Source: Azolla caroliniana (lineage: Eukaryota > Plantae > Polypodiophyta). Taken from it: a DNA stretch of 64,000 nucleotides. The DNA lies in assembly GCA_043228905.1 (NCBI GenBank), contig JBHGNT010000018.1, forward strand, positions 5,022,001-5,086,000, in the 5' to 3' direction. This document shows, piece by piece, positions 12,127 through 25,506 of the stretch. Within the stretch, counting starts at the first letter, position 1. Every line of letters starts with the position of its first letter. The translations under genes were made by a program, and so were the position numbers. The notes beneath the pieces were generated by a model. That model was not told the origin of the DNA. It was given only the letters and a program-made list of their open reading frames with translations, and ran no database searches.

Positions 12127-14422
12127 GGCTCGTCCTCACACTGTTTCTTGAATGCCTTGATCCGTTTTCCTGCAACCAGTACCACCATCTGTGTTCCGTC
12201 GAGTGCCACGAGATGGTATGTAGCATTATCGTTCACTCTCGTCACCATGTAGCGCCCGAACCACCTCCTTGCGAATTTCCGCGTTGTCTTATGCTAGTTA
12301 TCGAGACTGCTATCGTAAACCAACACCCAATCGCCTTCCTTGAACTTCTTTGGTTGCAGCCGATGTGTCCGGTCGAAGAGGTCCTTGTTCTTCTTCCGCG
12401 CCACGTACAATTTCGCCTTTGCCTGTTCCACGTCCTCCGGCCTCCGCTCGAGCTGGCGAATCCACGCCGCCAATAGCTCCGCCCGGCTCATTTCGTCCGC
12501 CCAGTCGATTTCCGCCCACGAAGAAATCGTCTACTCCATTGGCATGATCGGCTTCTACTCGTACATAAGCTCAGCTAACATAAACCCGGTCACCGAACTA
12601 TGCGTGGTTCGGTCCGCCCACAATGCGTAAGGTAGGAGCCACGGCCAATTCCCGACTTGCCCCTTGCATGCCCATACTAACGCCTTCACGATTGGCCCGT
12701 GTCCACGTTCCACCTTTCCGTTTGCCTTTGGATTTTATGCCGTAGTGAGAGAGAGTTTTACCCCCAATTGGCCGAATAACTCTTCGGCTTCATGCACGTC
12801 CAATTCTCCCCGGTCGGCCACGATCTTCCCCACGCATCGGTATCGGCAAACCACCTCTTCGATTTGGAACCGACATACGGCCCCAGTCATTTTGTTCTTC
12901 AGTGCACGACCCTCCACATGGTTCGTTAGGTCCTCCCACGCAAGCACCGGGTACCGCATTTGCCCCACTCCCATCGGCATTGTCACTAAATCCACCATCC
13001 ATTTGAAATGGACTATTGGCAGGTAGGTCGGGTGCAGCTCATCTCTGTGCCAGATCGCGGAATTCATCTAGCAACTTTGGCAGATCATCATGTATTGATG
13101 CGCATTCCGGTACATTCTTGGCCACTAGTATTTTTCCTTCAACTTTGCAAACGTGGCCCATGTTCTGCGGTGACCGGCCCAAGGGCTCTTGTGGTACGTT
13201 GACAACAACGTCTTTTGCTCTTTCTGTCTTATCACTACACGGAGCGGAATGCCATTACACGGAGCGGAATGCCTCCATATACTCCCATTCTGTAGGAAGA
13301 ACCAATACGCCTTCTTCCTGATCCTGTTCGCCTCATCCCTCGTCCATGTTGCGTCCAATGCCAACATCCTTAAGAATTTGCCTATCCAGAGCCACTCCCC
13401 GTCATACTCGTTTTCGTTAAACTCATTCAGTCCTAGAGTGCTCCCCTCTCCTGCTGCTACGCGAGCTGACTCAAAGAAGTCCACGCCGACTTCTTCGTCC
13501 TCTAACACCATGTCGTCCTCGTTGTCAAACCGCTCTCTTGAAAGAATATCGGCCATGGCGTTGTCTTTACCTAAGATGTGTCGGATCTCCGGGGTCTGGG
13601 ACTTGATGTACGTGATCCACCTGAGCATAGCTAGGTCCGGAGTCACGCATCCGAAAACCATACCTAGGATAGGTAGGCAGTCCATCTCGATTACTACCTC
13701 TGTCTTGACCAAATAATCTTTGTCGGCCTTGACTGCCGAAATGATACCCCAAAGTTCGCGTTTAACCTGGGCGTATCCTCTCTACCGCTTGCTTAATGCT
13801 TTCGCTCCGAAATGGATGGGGAGCCTTACGCCATCTTCGTCTTCTAGATTGACCACCCATCCAATTCTAGTCTGGCTCATGTCACGGTCACGTAAACTGG
13901 GGTACCCTTTTTGTAAACCGCTTTTCGGAGGGCTGACGCTGCAGCAAGCGCCTCCTTCAGCCTTTGGACCGACACCGCGTGCTCTTCGTTCCATTCAAAT
14001 TTGCGGCCCTTCTTCAGCAGCCCGTAGAGCGGTTCCGCGACGTGTGCGTAATGTGAAATCCAAATATGGTAGAACACACATGCCCCCAGGAATCTCCGGA
14101 CCTCCGTAACCGACTTGCATTTTTCTGTCATGGTGGAGATGGCTTCCACCTTAGCCGGAGATGGTTTCCGGCCAAATGGCCCATACAAGTGCCCAACCAC
14201 CAAGATTTCGGATTGCCCGAAAGCTAACTTCTCTCCAAACACCCTCGAGCCTCTGCAACACCTTCTCGTAGTTGTTGATATGATCCGTCACGAACTTCTG
14301 GCATCCGTCTGGCCCAACCGATTCTTCCTTCTCTTCTACCAAACATCCCTTGATCGGGATGTCGTCCAAAAATTACATGGTGATGTCCGGGATGCAGTTC
14401 CTCAACACTTTGTTCATCGCGT

Positions 14423-15397
14423 TGTCGTGAAGATTTTCGGCAATAGTGTGAAAAGCCCATAAAACGTACGAAATCGAGTATGAATCATGTAATACAATAA
14501 TTGTGAAGATAACATTTTTAATATCTAAGTACAAAATGATGGAGGTTTCAAATGCACTTTATTACACGAGAAATGGACAACTAAATGTTAAGATATGAGG
14601 GTATAAAGTTTGTGAAAAGAAAAGAGAAAATTGTGAGATATCCCACATAGGCACGACAAATACGGCTCTCATCATATATAAGGTGGAGCAAAAGATATTA
14701 TCTTTGTGTCTATGTGTGTGGAGCATAGAGAGTTCAAGGTAACTTGAACTAAGAGTGGAGGTGGCTAGCTACTCGAAAAGGGTTTTGGCCAACCAAAACC
14801 GGACCGGTGATGGAGCCGGTGATCCGACGGCGGCATCCGGCGAGGCACCGGTATCCGGCGACGGTATCCGGCGAACCGGCGTCTAGATAAAATAAATATA
14901 TAAATATATATACATATTTACATATACAAGGAGGGCAAGTATAGATTCAAACCTTGCACCTCCAAGTTAGGAGTCAATTGGCTTACCATTAAGCCATGCT
15001 ATTTAGTTGAAATTATATTTCTATCATTGTACTTTTACATGTAAATTCTCATCCATGAGAGCTAAAATGAGTGACATGGTTAGCATGCACCACATGTAAT
15101 ACTTAAGCGCCAAATGGCAAACATGCAATTTATGCATGTCTTGTACCCTCACATGCATCATATGCATGAGAGCATCTATAAAAGAGGGAAGGGGGAGGAG
15201 AAAAACACGGTTTTTTTTATGAAAATTAAGAGGAAGAAATTTGTTATCAAATCAATCATGTAATCTCAACTTCTCTCTTTTCCCAATCTATCTTAAGTAC
15301 TTTCTCGCCAAAGCTTGTATCGACTCTAAATCCTTCTGGTCCAAAACCCCGGCGGTTCCGCCTCACGATCCGCGCGTAGTGACGGATCTTCACGACA
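14423..15397 (+). mobile_element. Solo LTR X1 (A-related, 975 bp)
   Basis: 12-bp terminal inverted repeat TGTCGTGAAGAT/ATCTTCACGACA; 4-bp TSD GCGT; U5-like end resembles family A LTR ends; near-identical inverted copy at 49980-50972. Confidence 0.9.
14933..15001 (-). promoter_or_regulatory. tRNA-like A-box/B-box cassette in X1 (antisense)
   Basis: Minus strand TAGCATGGCTTAATGGTAAG...GAGGTGCAAGGTTTGAATCT. Confidence 0.6.
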
Positions 15398-16160
15398 GCG
15401 TTCACCATGCGCACCACCGAGTTGGTTCTTCCTTGCGGTAGGGTACACATCCGCACTAAGCCGAGAGGGGTCCGCATCATCGTGATATCCCCACTCTCTA
15501 CGACTAGTTGGAATTGATCATATCCTGAGTACAGATCGCCAACCAAGTAGATCAACCTTCTAACAAAGGCCTCCGCGAATGGATCGATGGTTGGCCCGAT
15601 CCCTGTGTTCCGAATGGTCACTTTATTGACCAACTGCAAGTCCTGAATGAAGCACAATATGCCGTTCTTTTTCGGCACCGTAAACCACCGATTTGAATAC
15701 GGGGCACTCGACGGCTCGAGGATGCCCATCTCCACCTTCTGCTTCAGCAACTCCATCAGCTTTGGGATGTGAGCTCTAGGTACCGGAATTGGTTTGACAT
15801 TCCATGGCACGTGCAATAATGTGAAGATAACCATCGGCTCTACGATTGTCGAGTCGACGCACCCGATCTCCTCCACTGAGAATGCAAAGGCCTTCCCGTG
15901 CCTCCCAAGCATCCTCCGAAACCGGTCCTCTTCCACGGGCAGTAAGAAGCCACCCCCACTAATCTTCAGCTCCCGTAGCATCTCGTTGGTGAATTGGTGC
16001 CCTATGTCGGCCGGATCTTGCAAACTTGGGTCTGACGCGACCCCTTTCATTCGCTCTTTGCTGCCCTTCGGCAAGGGAGCTACGACAGGCCTCACCTTCC
16101 AGTCCACAGTCTTGTATTTGGTGTCAACAAGGGCCATCATCTCCAACCTGACCTTCTCCC

Positions 16161-16588
16161 TGTCAGGATCAGTACTAAGACAGAGAAGGAATTAGTACTA
16201 AAAGATGAGGATTAGTACTAAGAGAGATGTAAAACTCTCGAGAGAAGGAAAGTGTGAGCGAGAGAGAGAGATACAGAGAGAGAAAGGTTGAGAGAGAATG
16301 ATGATAAATGATATATATTATGTGAAGAGAGTATACAATAATAGTTAGGAGGCCTAAGACTGGCGTTGAACCGATTTGGTTCGAAATAATGCCTTGTGCC
16401 TCCTTTTATAGTGTTCTCAAGAGTACTCCTCAAGTTTCTAGAATGTTCTAGAGAAATATGGAATATACATCAATTTTCTATAATAAAACATAAATGAAAT
16501 TCTAGGTATTACCATGTATGGTCTAATGGTCTAGAGCTCGACCCATGTAGCATAAGGGCATGGGTTTGAGTCTTGCCATATCATGACA
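16161..16588 (-). repeat. 3' LTR of T2
   Basis: TGTCA..TGACA termini; homologous to 21370-21792. Confidence 0.92.
16517..16580 (+). promoter_or_regulatory. tRNA-like A-box/B-box cassette in T2 3' LTR (antisense to the element)
   Basis: TGGTCTAATGGT...GCATGGGTTTGAGTC. Confidence 0.55.
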
Positions 16589-19500
16589 CTATCCCCCCTT
16601 TAAAACGACGAGTGCCACAAGTCATTTTGGATTGAGGACCCGGTTTGTCTGGATATTGACGATGGAAATATTCAAGAAGAGCACGAGCATTGGTCACATC
16701 CTCTATCGGTTCCCAAGTACGCTCGTTGGGACTATATCCTAGCCAATCAACTAGATAGTAGAACTTGTTGCGAACAATCTTGGAATCAAGGATGATGACA
16801 ACCTCGTACTTAGGTCCATCTTCAAGCTCGATCGGGGGTGGAGGTTGTGTAATAAGTCCTGGGATGGTGCTCTCTTGATAGGGTTCGAGGAGAGAACTAT
16901 GAAACACCGGATGTATCCGAAGTTGCGGAGATAGATAGAGGCGAAAAACGACATCATTAATCTTTCCTATAATACGGAAAGGACCTAATCGCCGATAATC
17001 CAACTTCTCGGCGAGTAGTCTTGATGTGTCGTCGTACTAGCCATACACGATCTCCAATGTTAAAATTGGATGGAAGTCGATGACTATCCGTGTAAAACTT
17101 GTGTGTTTGTGGAGCTTGTTGGAGATGAGTAGATAAATCGGCTTGTATCTTGCGTAACCGCTCTAAACGATCCTCTGCGCAAGGATTTGTGGACAACTCT
17201 AGGGTTTCAAATACACACCACTAGGGGTGACAACCCGTTTAAGCATAAAATGGCGTAACTTTAGTCGATGCATGGACAGAGTTATTATATAGGCAAATTC
17301 GGCGAAGTGGAGAATATCTGCCCAGTCATCCTGATGATAGCTTAGAAAGCACCGAAGATACTGCTCCAGGGTTTGATTTGTTCGTTCTGCTTGTCCATCG
17401 GTTTGTGGGTGGTAGCCGGAGGAGAGGTTACAAGTGACCTTGAGAATTTTAAAAAGGTGCTTCCAGAATTTCGATACGAACTGGGGTCCATGGTTGCTGA
17501 TGCTACTATCGGGAAGGCCACGATGCCGACATACTTCACGCAGGACAATTTCAACGGTTTCTTCATTGGAGATTTCCTTAGTACATGGCAAGAAATGAGC
17601 CATCTTCGTATATCGATCTACGACTTTTAGAATCGCATTGAACCCCTTAGAGACTGGAGGATCTGTGATGAAGTCTAGAGCAATGGATTGCCACGGCTTG
17701 CTTGGAATTGGTAATGGTTCTAATAAACCATATGGATGATGCCTTGGCATTTTCACTCTGCAGCATGTATCACAAGTCTGAACAAAATCTTCGACAAATT
17801 GTCACATACGCGGCCACCAAAATGATCGTTGTACTAAATCTAATGTTTTAGTACTACCAAAATGCTTAGCTGTATATGTGTCATGACAGTTTTGGACTGT
17901 TCGAAGGCGGCAAGAACCATTAGGAACATACAACAGTTCATTAAAGAATAGTAATCCATCATGGTATTTGAATTGCCGATAGTCCGTACCTGGTGGTTGC
18001 GAATGTGAACTAGATGCTCAAGAGGGATCAATTTGTACTAGAATGGCTTGGGCAAAAGCATCGGTCTTCAAGTCCTCACATATAGTATCGATAACATGGG
18101 AATCTATGGGCATGCCAAAGACTTGTGTTGCTTGCAGTCGTGTCGGTCCCAAGGTTACTTGCTTTTGGTTATCAAAAGCTGGCTCGCCAGGACGCGGTGC
18201 TAGTTACGAATGTTGTGATAATGCATCTGCCTTCCCTTGGTGCTTCCCCAGACGATATGTAATTTTGAAGTCGAAACGTGTGAGGAAGTGGGCCCACCGA
18301 GCTTGACGTCGATTTAACACACGAGCGTCCTGAAAGTAGGCAAGGTTTTTGTGGTCACTGAATACGATGACTTGATGAGAGGATCCCTTTAGAAAATGCC
18401 TCCGTTGCGTAAAAGAGTCCACTATTGCCAATAGCTCCTTATCATGAATTTCGTAGTTGATTTCGGCGGCGTCAAACTTGCGTGAGTGAAAAGCTACATG
18501 ATGTAGCTTCTCATCATTACCCCGTTGTGACAAAATGCTCCCCAATGCAAAATCTAATGCGTCTACTTCGATAATGAATGGTTTTTCCGGATCGACATGA
18601 GCTAGAATTGGAGTAGATGTAAATGCCTTTTTAAGACTCTCGAAAGCCATGTTCGCTTCTTCAGACCAAACGAACGATTGTCCCTTCCTGCTAAGTTGTG
18701 TGAGAGGCAGAACGAGCTTTGAGTAATCCTATATGAACTTCCGGTAAAAATTGGCAAAGCCTAAAAAGCATTGCACATCTCGCACCAAACGCGGAGTCTT
18801 CCACTCTACTATAGTTTTGACCTTAGCTGGGTCCATGGAGATGCCTTCCGAGGAAATGACATAGCCCAGAAATTCCACCTAGTTGCACCCAAAACTACAT
18901 TATTCCAGTTTTGCATAAAGACCATGTTCTCAAAGTCGTTTTAGTACTAACAGTACATGAGAATCATGCTCTTCTTGGGTCTTCGAATAAACTAGTAGAT
19001 CATCCAAATAGATGATCAAACAAAAATCCAACAGATCTCGGAATATATCATTTGCCATGTGCTGGAAGACTGTTGGCGCATTAGTGAGGCCGAACGACAT
19101 GACCGTATACTCGAAGTGCCCATATTTGGTGCGAAATGCGGTCTTCCATTCATCTCCTGGTTGGATCCGTACGAGGTTATAGGCTCCCCCCCCCGTAAGT
19201 CAATCTTTGTGAAGAACCTTGCACCATTGATCCATTCTAAAAGACTTGAGGTAAGGGGAAGTGCATACCTATTTCTTATTGTAACCTTATTCAAGCCACG
19301 GTAATCTACGACGAGACGAAGTGATCCATTTTCTTGACAAAGAAAATGGGTGCGCTAGCTAGAAATTTCGAATGTCGAATAAAACCGTTTGCCAAATTCT
19401 CCTCTATATAGGCTCGAAGAACTTCTAGCTCGGTTGGTGACAAGTTGTAGATCGGTCCCCATGGTGGCTCTTTCCCCGGTTGTAAATCGATGGGGCAATC

Positions 19501-21354
19501 ATACAGTCGTTGGTGAGGAAGAGTATTGGCTTGTACCTTATCGAACACATCGACATAATGACGATACTTCTCTAGAAGTTGAAATGTGGATTCTTCTTTA
19601 GTGGTGTCGGAACGTTTTACTGATACTACGAAGACAAACATTCCTTGCATCCTTCCTCACGCAATTGATGTAGCAAAATGGTTGCAATCCTATGAGTAGA
19701 TCCCCGGATTTCTCTTGTTCTCCAATCTATATTTGGGTTATGTAATTCGAACCATGGTAATCCTAAAATAATGGGGTGTTCTGGGATGCTAATTATATTA
19801 AATGATACTACACATGCTAGATTATCTAGGACAATATTAACGGGCTCTGACTCTTCTATGATATTTCTAGAAGCAATGGGACGACCATCAATGACTACTA
19901 CAGAGGCTGGACACGGGAGTTTTCTAAGTGATATCTGATGAACTTGGGCAAAGTTTCTATCCATGAAGCAAGAATTAGCTCCGGAATCTAGAAGTGCTAA
20001 GATATGTATTGGAGGGGTACTTTGAGTACTAACTGTTACTTGGGCTACGAACACATTGCTAACTTGCTTAGAGGGAATGGAACCACTAATGGGCTACACA
20101 GATCTAGGGTTGTGCAACTAAACGACTCCTATTTTGGCTGGACTTAGTCGTTTAACTCTTCTTCTAACTAACTAAGGACATCAAATTTGTTCGCTAGATT
20201 TGGGCTATTAGTACTATTAGGACTATCAGATATCCCTATTGAAATAGACTCGGGTTTAATACAATCAGAACTAACAACTATTTGGTTTACTTGCCTTCTT
20301 GGCCTATGGGGATAGTTTATCGCGATATGCCCTGGTCCACCGCAATAAAGACATAGTCAGTTTGCTCGACGTTGTTGCTTTTCTTCTTTTGATAGCGGTC
20401 CACGACGACGTGTGGTATCAATTTCCATCAGAGTTGGAGTACTTACTGGAGGCGTATTATATGACTCCCTCGGAAAAGGTTTCGGTACCACTAAGGCATA
20501 GGTAGGCTTAGATCTTGCCCTTGGCATCTGGAACTAACGTTCCGAACACCGTTCGAAGAGGCGATTGTCACATCTCACTGCGCTACTGATTGCGTCTGTT
20601 AATGACTTTGGTTCTTCGGGAAAGGTCAAGAGTAAATCTTTGAGATCGTTACGTAGACCATAACGAAATTGCTCCATTAACGCTTGATCATCCTAGGGGA
20701 TATCGGAGGTGAGTAGATGAAAATCTTAAGCGTATGTGGAGGCTGGACAATCAGCTTGACGTAGTCGTCGGATTTTGTTGATTGTTGTCCTTATGCTGTC
20801 AGTATCTCCAAAACAGGCTTTAAACTCACTTATAAACTCTTCAAAATTGTTTAGTAATGGAGATTCTTTTTCTAACAACGGAGTGAACCATGCCAACGCT
20901 GAGCCACTTAACAACGTGCCTACTAAACCCACTCGTGATGCATCGGTGGGATATCGGGAAGGATGCATTTGAAAAACTAGTCGTACCTGATTAAGGAACC
21001 CTCTAAACTGCAATCGCGTTCCATCGAATTTCATGGGAAGGCCGATCTTGGGTTCTTTATGAATCCCTTGTGTTCCGGGTCCTTGTTGTTGCATCGCTAC
21101 GATGGTTGATTCGAGTTGTTGCACGCATAACGCAAGTTCCCCATGTTGTTGTTGCGTTTGCAGCTTTTCGAAGGAGATTTGTTGAAGATCCCCTAACAAC
21201 CGTTGATTTTCTTGTTCCAAAGCAAGGAACTTCTCTTTCAAGCATTGCAACTCCGAGAAAACAGATTGATATTCTTGAGCGCTAATAGTGGCCATGGGAT
21301 GAGAGGAAAGAGGAATAATAGATTAGTATGAAGGGAGGGAGACAAAAGAGGAGC

Positions 21355-21369
21355 AAAATCGGTTCAAAC
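21355..21369 (-). promoter_or_regulatory. Self-priming-type PBS of T2
   Basis: GTTTGAACCGATTTT directly after the 5' LTR; no TGG start; complementary to the LTR sequence AAATCGGTTCAA ~33 nt downstream of TATA. Confidence 0.7.
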
Positions 21370-21792
21370 TGTTAGGATCAGTACTACGACAGAGAAGGAA
21401 TTAGTACTAAATGATTAGGATTAGTACTAAGAGAGATGTAGAACTCTCAAGAGAAGGAAAGAGTGAGCGAGAGAGAGAGAAAGGGTGAGAGAGAATGATG
21501 ATAAATGATATATTATTATGTGAAGAGAGTATACAATAGTAGCTAGGAGGCTTAAGTCTGGCGTTGAACTGATTTGGTTCGAAATAATGCCTTGTGCCTC
21601 CTTTTATAGTGTTCTCAACAGTACTCCTCAAGTTTCTAGAATGTTCTAGAGAAATCTGGAATATACATCAATTTTCTATAATAAAATATAAATGAAAATA
21701 ATATTCTACGTATTACAATGTATGGTCTAATGGTCAAGAGCTCGACTCATGTACCATAAGGTCATGGGTTCAAGTCTTGCCATATCATGACA
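21370..21792 (-). repeat. 5' LTR of T2
   Basis: Homologous to 16161-16588 with several substitutions and indels. Confidence 0.92.
21721..21784 (+). promoter_or_regulatory. tRNA-like A-box/B-box cassette in T2 5' LTR (antisense to the element)
   Basis: TGGTCTAATGGTCAAG...AGGTCATGGGTTCAAGTC. Confidence 0.6.
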
Positions 21793-22069
21793 CTACCCGA
21801 AGTCCGTAATGACTTTGTACACTTCCACGGAATTGATCGAAATTACCCGGCCTTCGCTCAGGCCTGCCTTCATCGGTTACCCTCCCGATTTCTCCAAGGG
21901 TGTCATCAAAAGAGACCGCCTCCACAACACCGTTGATCTCGGTTTCGGAGCTAAGGGCACCGCACGCACTTCGACCCGCTTCTTTTCCCGGCCTTTGACG
22001 CCGGTTATAATACAACCTCCTCTGTTGGAGAACCAAAATTTCCTACCTATGGTCTCCGGACTATCACGG

Positions 22070-22660
22070 TGTCGAGAAGAAAACCGTCCCTTAGCGCAAT
22101 CAGGTTATAGTGCGCGTGAACCGGCTCTTCACACGTGCGCGCCCTTTAATGTATATAGTAGGGAATTAAGTACAAAGACATATCCTAGGTAGTTAGATTC
22201 GGTAGGTAGGAAGTTAATGAGGGAAACGGCTCCCTTCTTGAAGCTATAAAAGAGAGGGAGACGCGGGGGGGAAGGGGATCGCGCATTGAGGAGGACGAAG
22301 TGTTGTCGGACCGTAACCGAACGCTTCTCCTCTGTTTGTTCTCTATTGCTCTTCTCTGCAGGTTTTCGGGAGGCTCGCACTGCTTCGAGGAACGCCCGTG
22401 TGCTTCCGGCAGCACCTCCATCCTATCCCCTTTCGTGCGCAGACGAGCAGGCATCGGCATCTATTCGCTAGCCTGTTTGGTTGTAACCGCTCGCGTGCTC
22501 TGTTGTTTTGTGTCATTTGTTAATATACAAACATTCGTGTCTCTCTGTCTCTGTGTCCATTCGTGTCTTCTGCGTTGACGGGCCGTGTCCCTATGTTTCT
22601 TTGCCCATACGTAACCGATCGTCTCTCTCTTTCTCTTTCCCCTCCTATCGCCTGGTCTTC
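22070..22660 (+). repeat. Truncated family A LTR fused by deletion to RT
   Basis: Starts TGTCGAGAAGAAAACCG with left flank ACGG; lacks the U5 end and runs directly into the late RT region; right end approximate. Confidence 0.75.
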
Positions 22661-24739
22661 GCGATGAAGAACGACTGCAACTCGGTCACGGAGGCTCGGA
22701 GGTTCTTGGGAGCGTGCGCGTTCCACCACATATGGATCCTGCATTACGCTCACATCACAGAGCTGTTATACGGGTTGTTGAAAAAGGGGTGAAGATTTGA
22801 GTGGAGAGACGAGCATACGGAGTCTGTCCGTAAGATGAAGGAAGCACTTGTCACGGCTCCGGCGCTCCGAAAGGCTGTCTACGGAAAGAGCACTCCAATT
22901 TACGTAACGGTAGACACGAGTCCAACTGGGATCGGATGGGTCGTCAACCAGGAGGACGAGGACGGCATGCGTTCCCCGATCCGGTTCGGTGAGAAGGTCC
23001 TCAGCGAGCGACAGTGAGGATACGCCTAGGTTAAACGCGAGCTCTGGGGTATCGTTTCGGCGGTAAAGGCCGATAAAGACTACCTGATCGGGGCAGAGGT
23101 AATTATCGAGACGGACTGCCTGCCAATTCTTGGCATGGTTTCCGGATGCGCGACATCGGACCTGGCAATGCTCAGGTGGATAGCGTACATCAAGTCCCTG
23201 AATCCGGAAATACGACACATTTCCGGGAAAGACAACGCCATGGCCGACATGCTTTCAAGGGCGAGGTTCGAAAATGACGGTGGCATGGTTTCAGAGGACG
23301 AGGAAGTCGGCGTGGACTTCTTCGAGGCGGCTTACGTGACAACCAACGGGGAATGCTCTCCAACGCTTAACGACTTCGACGAGAGCAAGTACGACGGGGA
23401 GTGGCTGCAGATCGGCGGGTTCCTGAAAACAATGACACCGGACGCGGCATGGACAACGGACGAGACCAACCGGATTCGGAAGAAAGCCTACCAATTCTTT
23501 CTCCGGGACGGATACATTTGGAAGCACCCGAAGAAGAGGAACGGCATCCCACTCCGAGTGGTGGCGAAGAAGGGGGAATAGGAGGATTTGTTGGCGGCGT
23601 ACCACGATAGCCCGTGGGCTGGACACCGTGGAACGTGGGCCACGTTCGAAAAACTAAAGGGGAAGTACTGGTGGCCGGGACTATACCGGGATGTGCATCG
23701 GTTCGTGACGACTTGCGAAAGCTGCCAGGTGCACTCCATGATCCGACACCGGGACGAGCTTCACCCGACCTACCCTCCGACTGTCCACTTCAAGTGGATG
23801 GTGGATTTGGTGACGATGCCAATGGGGGTAGGACAGATGCGGTATCTGGTGCTGGCTCGGGAAGATCTAACGAACCAAGTTGAAGGCTGAGCCCTGCAGA
23901 ACAAGACGACGGCAGCCATGTGCCGGTTTTTGATTGAGGATGTGGTATGCCGATACGGATGCGTAGGGAAGATCGTGGTTGACCGTGGTGAATTGGACGC
24001 AGAAGAGGCCAAAGAGTTGTTCGACCGGCTAGGAGTCAAACTTTCGCTCACCACAGCGTACAATCCGGAGGCGAACGGGAAGGTGGAGCGCAGACATGGG
24101 CCAATTGTCAAAGCGTTAGTATGGGCATGCGGAGGCCGAGTCGGGGACTGGCCACGGCTGCTACCTTATGCCTTATGGGCGGACCGGACTACACACAGTT
24201 CGGTAACCGGGTTCATGCCGGCCGAGCTGATGTTCGGACAAAAGCCGATCATGCCAACAGAGCGAACGATCTCCTCGTGGGCCACGGTAGACTGGAGGGA
24301 TGAGATGAGCCGGGAGGAACTGTTGGCGGCGCGGATTCAACAGCTCGAGCGGAGGCCGGAGGACGTAGAGCGAGCCACGGAGAAACTTCGAGTAGCGAGG
24401 ATAAGGAACAAAGCCCGGTTCGACCGAACACGCCGGTCTAGGCCAAGGTAGATCGAGGAAGGCAACTGGGTGCTAGTCTATGACAGCAGCCTCGACAATC
24501 AGCACAGGGCCACGCGGAAGTTTGCGAGGAGGTGGTTCGAGCCTTACATAGTAACAGGCGCCAACGGCAATGGGACGTACCATCTCGCGGAGCTCGACGG
24601 TACGAGAATGGCGATACCGGTAGCGGGGAAGAGGATCAAAGCATTCAAGAAACGGCACGACGGGGAGCCGGGGCTAGGAGGCATGGACAGCAACGACGAG
24701 CAGCCCGAGGCGGAGGATGAACCGGTAAACAAGGAATAA
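22661..24739 (+). pseudogene. Family A copy A3 pol: late RT, RNase H, integrase
   Basis: VTVDTSPTGIGW, ETDCLPI, HDSPWAGHRG..CESCQ, FKWMVDLV, VVDRGEL; several premature stops. Confidence 0.92.
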
Positions 24740-24814
24740 AAGCAAGGGTCGGTTTTCTCCCGTAGGAACCCAATTTTGGCGCATACCGGTGGATGCGCGG
24801 TTAGGTGGGGGGGA

Positions 24815-25506
24815 TGTCGTGAAGAAAACCGTCCCCAGGCGCAAACCGTGTATAATGTGTGTGAACCGGCCCTTACACGTGGGCACGTCCCTTGTCGTAA
24901 AGTAGATAGGTAGGCGCAAAGGTTAAATCCTAGGTAGCAATATTCTGTAAGGTAAATCGAGGAGTATCTCTGTCCGAAAGGACAGAGAATTAATGTGATG
25001 TAAACGGGAAAGACGGCCTCCCTCCTTGAGCTATAAAAGAGAGGGAGACAGGGAGAGAGGGGATCGCGCGCTAGAGGGAACGAAGTGTTGTCGGACGGGG
25101 ACCGAGCTCTTCTTCTCTATCGTTCTCCATAGTTTCTTTTGCGCAGGTTCTCAGGAGGCTGATTCTGCTCCATGGAACGCCCGTGTGCTTCCGGCAGAAT
25201 CTCCATCTTGCTCTCCTGTGTGCATGGGTGATCAGGCATCGGCATCCACCTCGCCGACCTGATCGGCTGTAACCGTTCGAGTCGTCTGCATACTTACGAA
25301 TACATGCCTATTCTTACATACATACTCTAGTGTTCTCAACTCGTGTATCCTGTGTTGTTGTGCCGCGTCCCCGTGCGCTTCTTTGCTTATACGTGAGTGA
25401 GCGTCTCTTTCTCTTTCTCTCTCTCTCTCTTTTCCTCACCTACTCCTCGGTCCAAGACCCCAGTGGTCCCGCCTTGTTCTCCACGCACGCGCGTAACAAC
25501 GCGACA
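24815..25506 (+). repeat. 3' LTR of A3
   Basis: After GGTTAGGTGGGGGGGA; TGTCGTGAAG...CGCGACA; right flank ACGT resumes the T3 gag. Confidence 0.87.

Larger units (their letters stand above)
16161..21792 (-). mobile_element. Full-length degenerate chromovirus T2
   Basis: LTRs 16161-16588 and 21370-21792; TSD CTCCC/CTACC (1 mismatch); gag (20726-21295), protease ALLDSGA, RT, RNase H, integrase, chromodomain; PPT AAAGGGGGATAG. Confidence 0.95.
12127..22069 (-). mobile_element. Gypsy family A copy A2: degenerate pol, host to C1, X1, T2 and an A-type LTR
   Basis: RT (DLYSGYDQF..MCTLPQG; FLDDIPIKG), RNase H and integrase (FKWMVDLV) fragments at 12127-14422, 15398-16160 and 21793-22069 align with A4. 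Confidence 0.88.
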
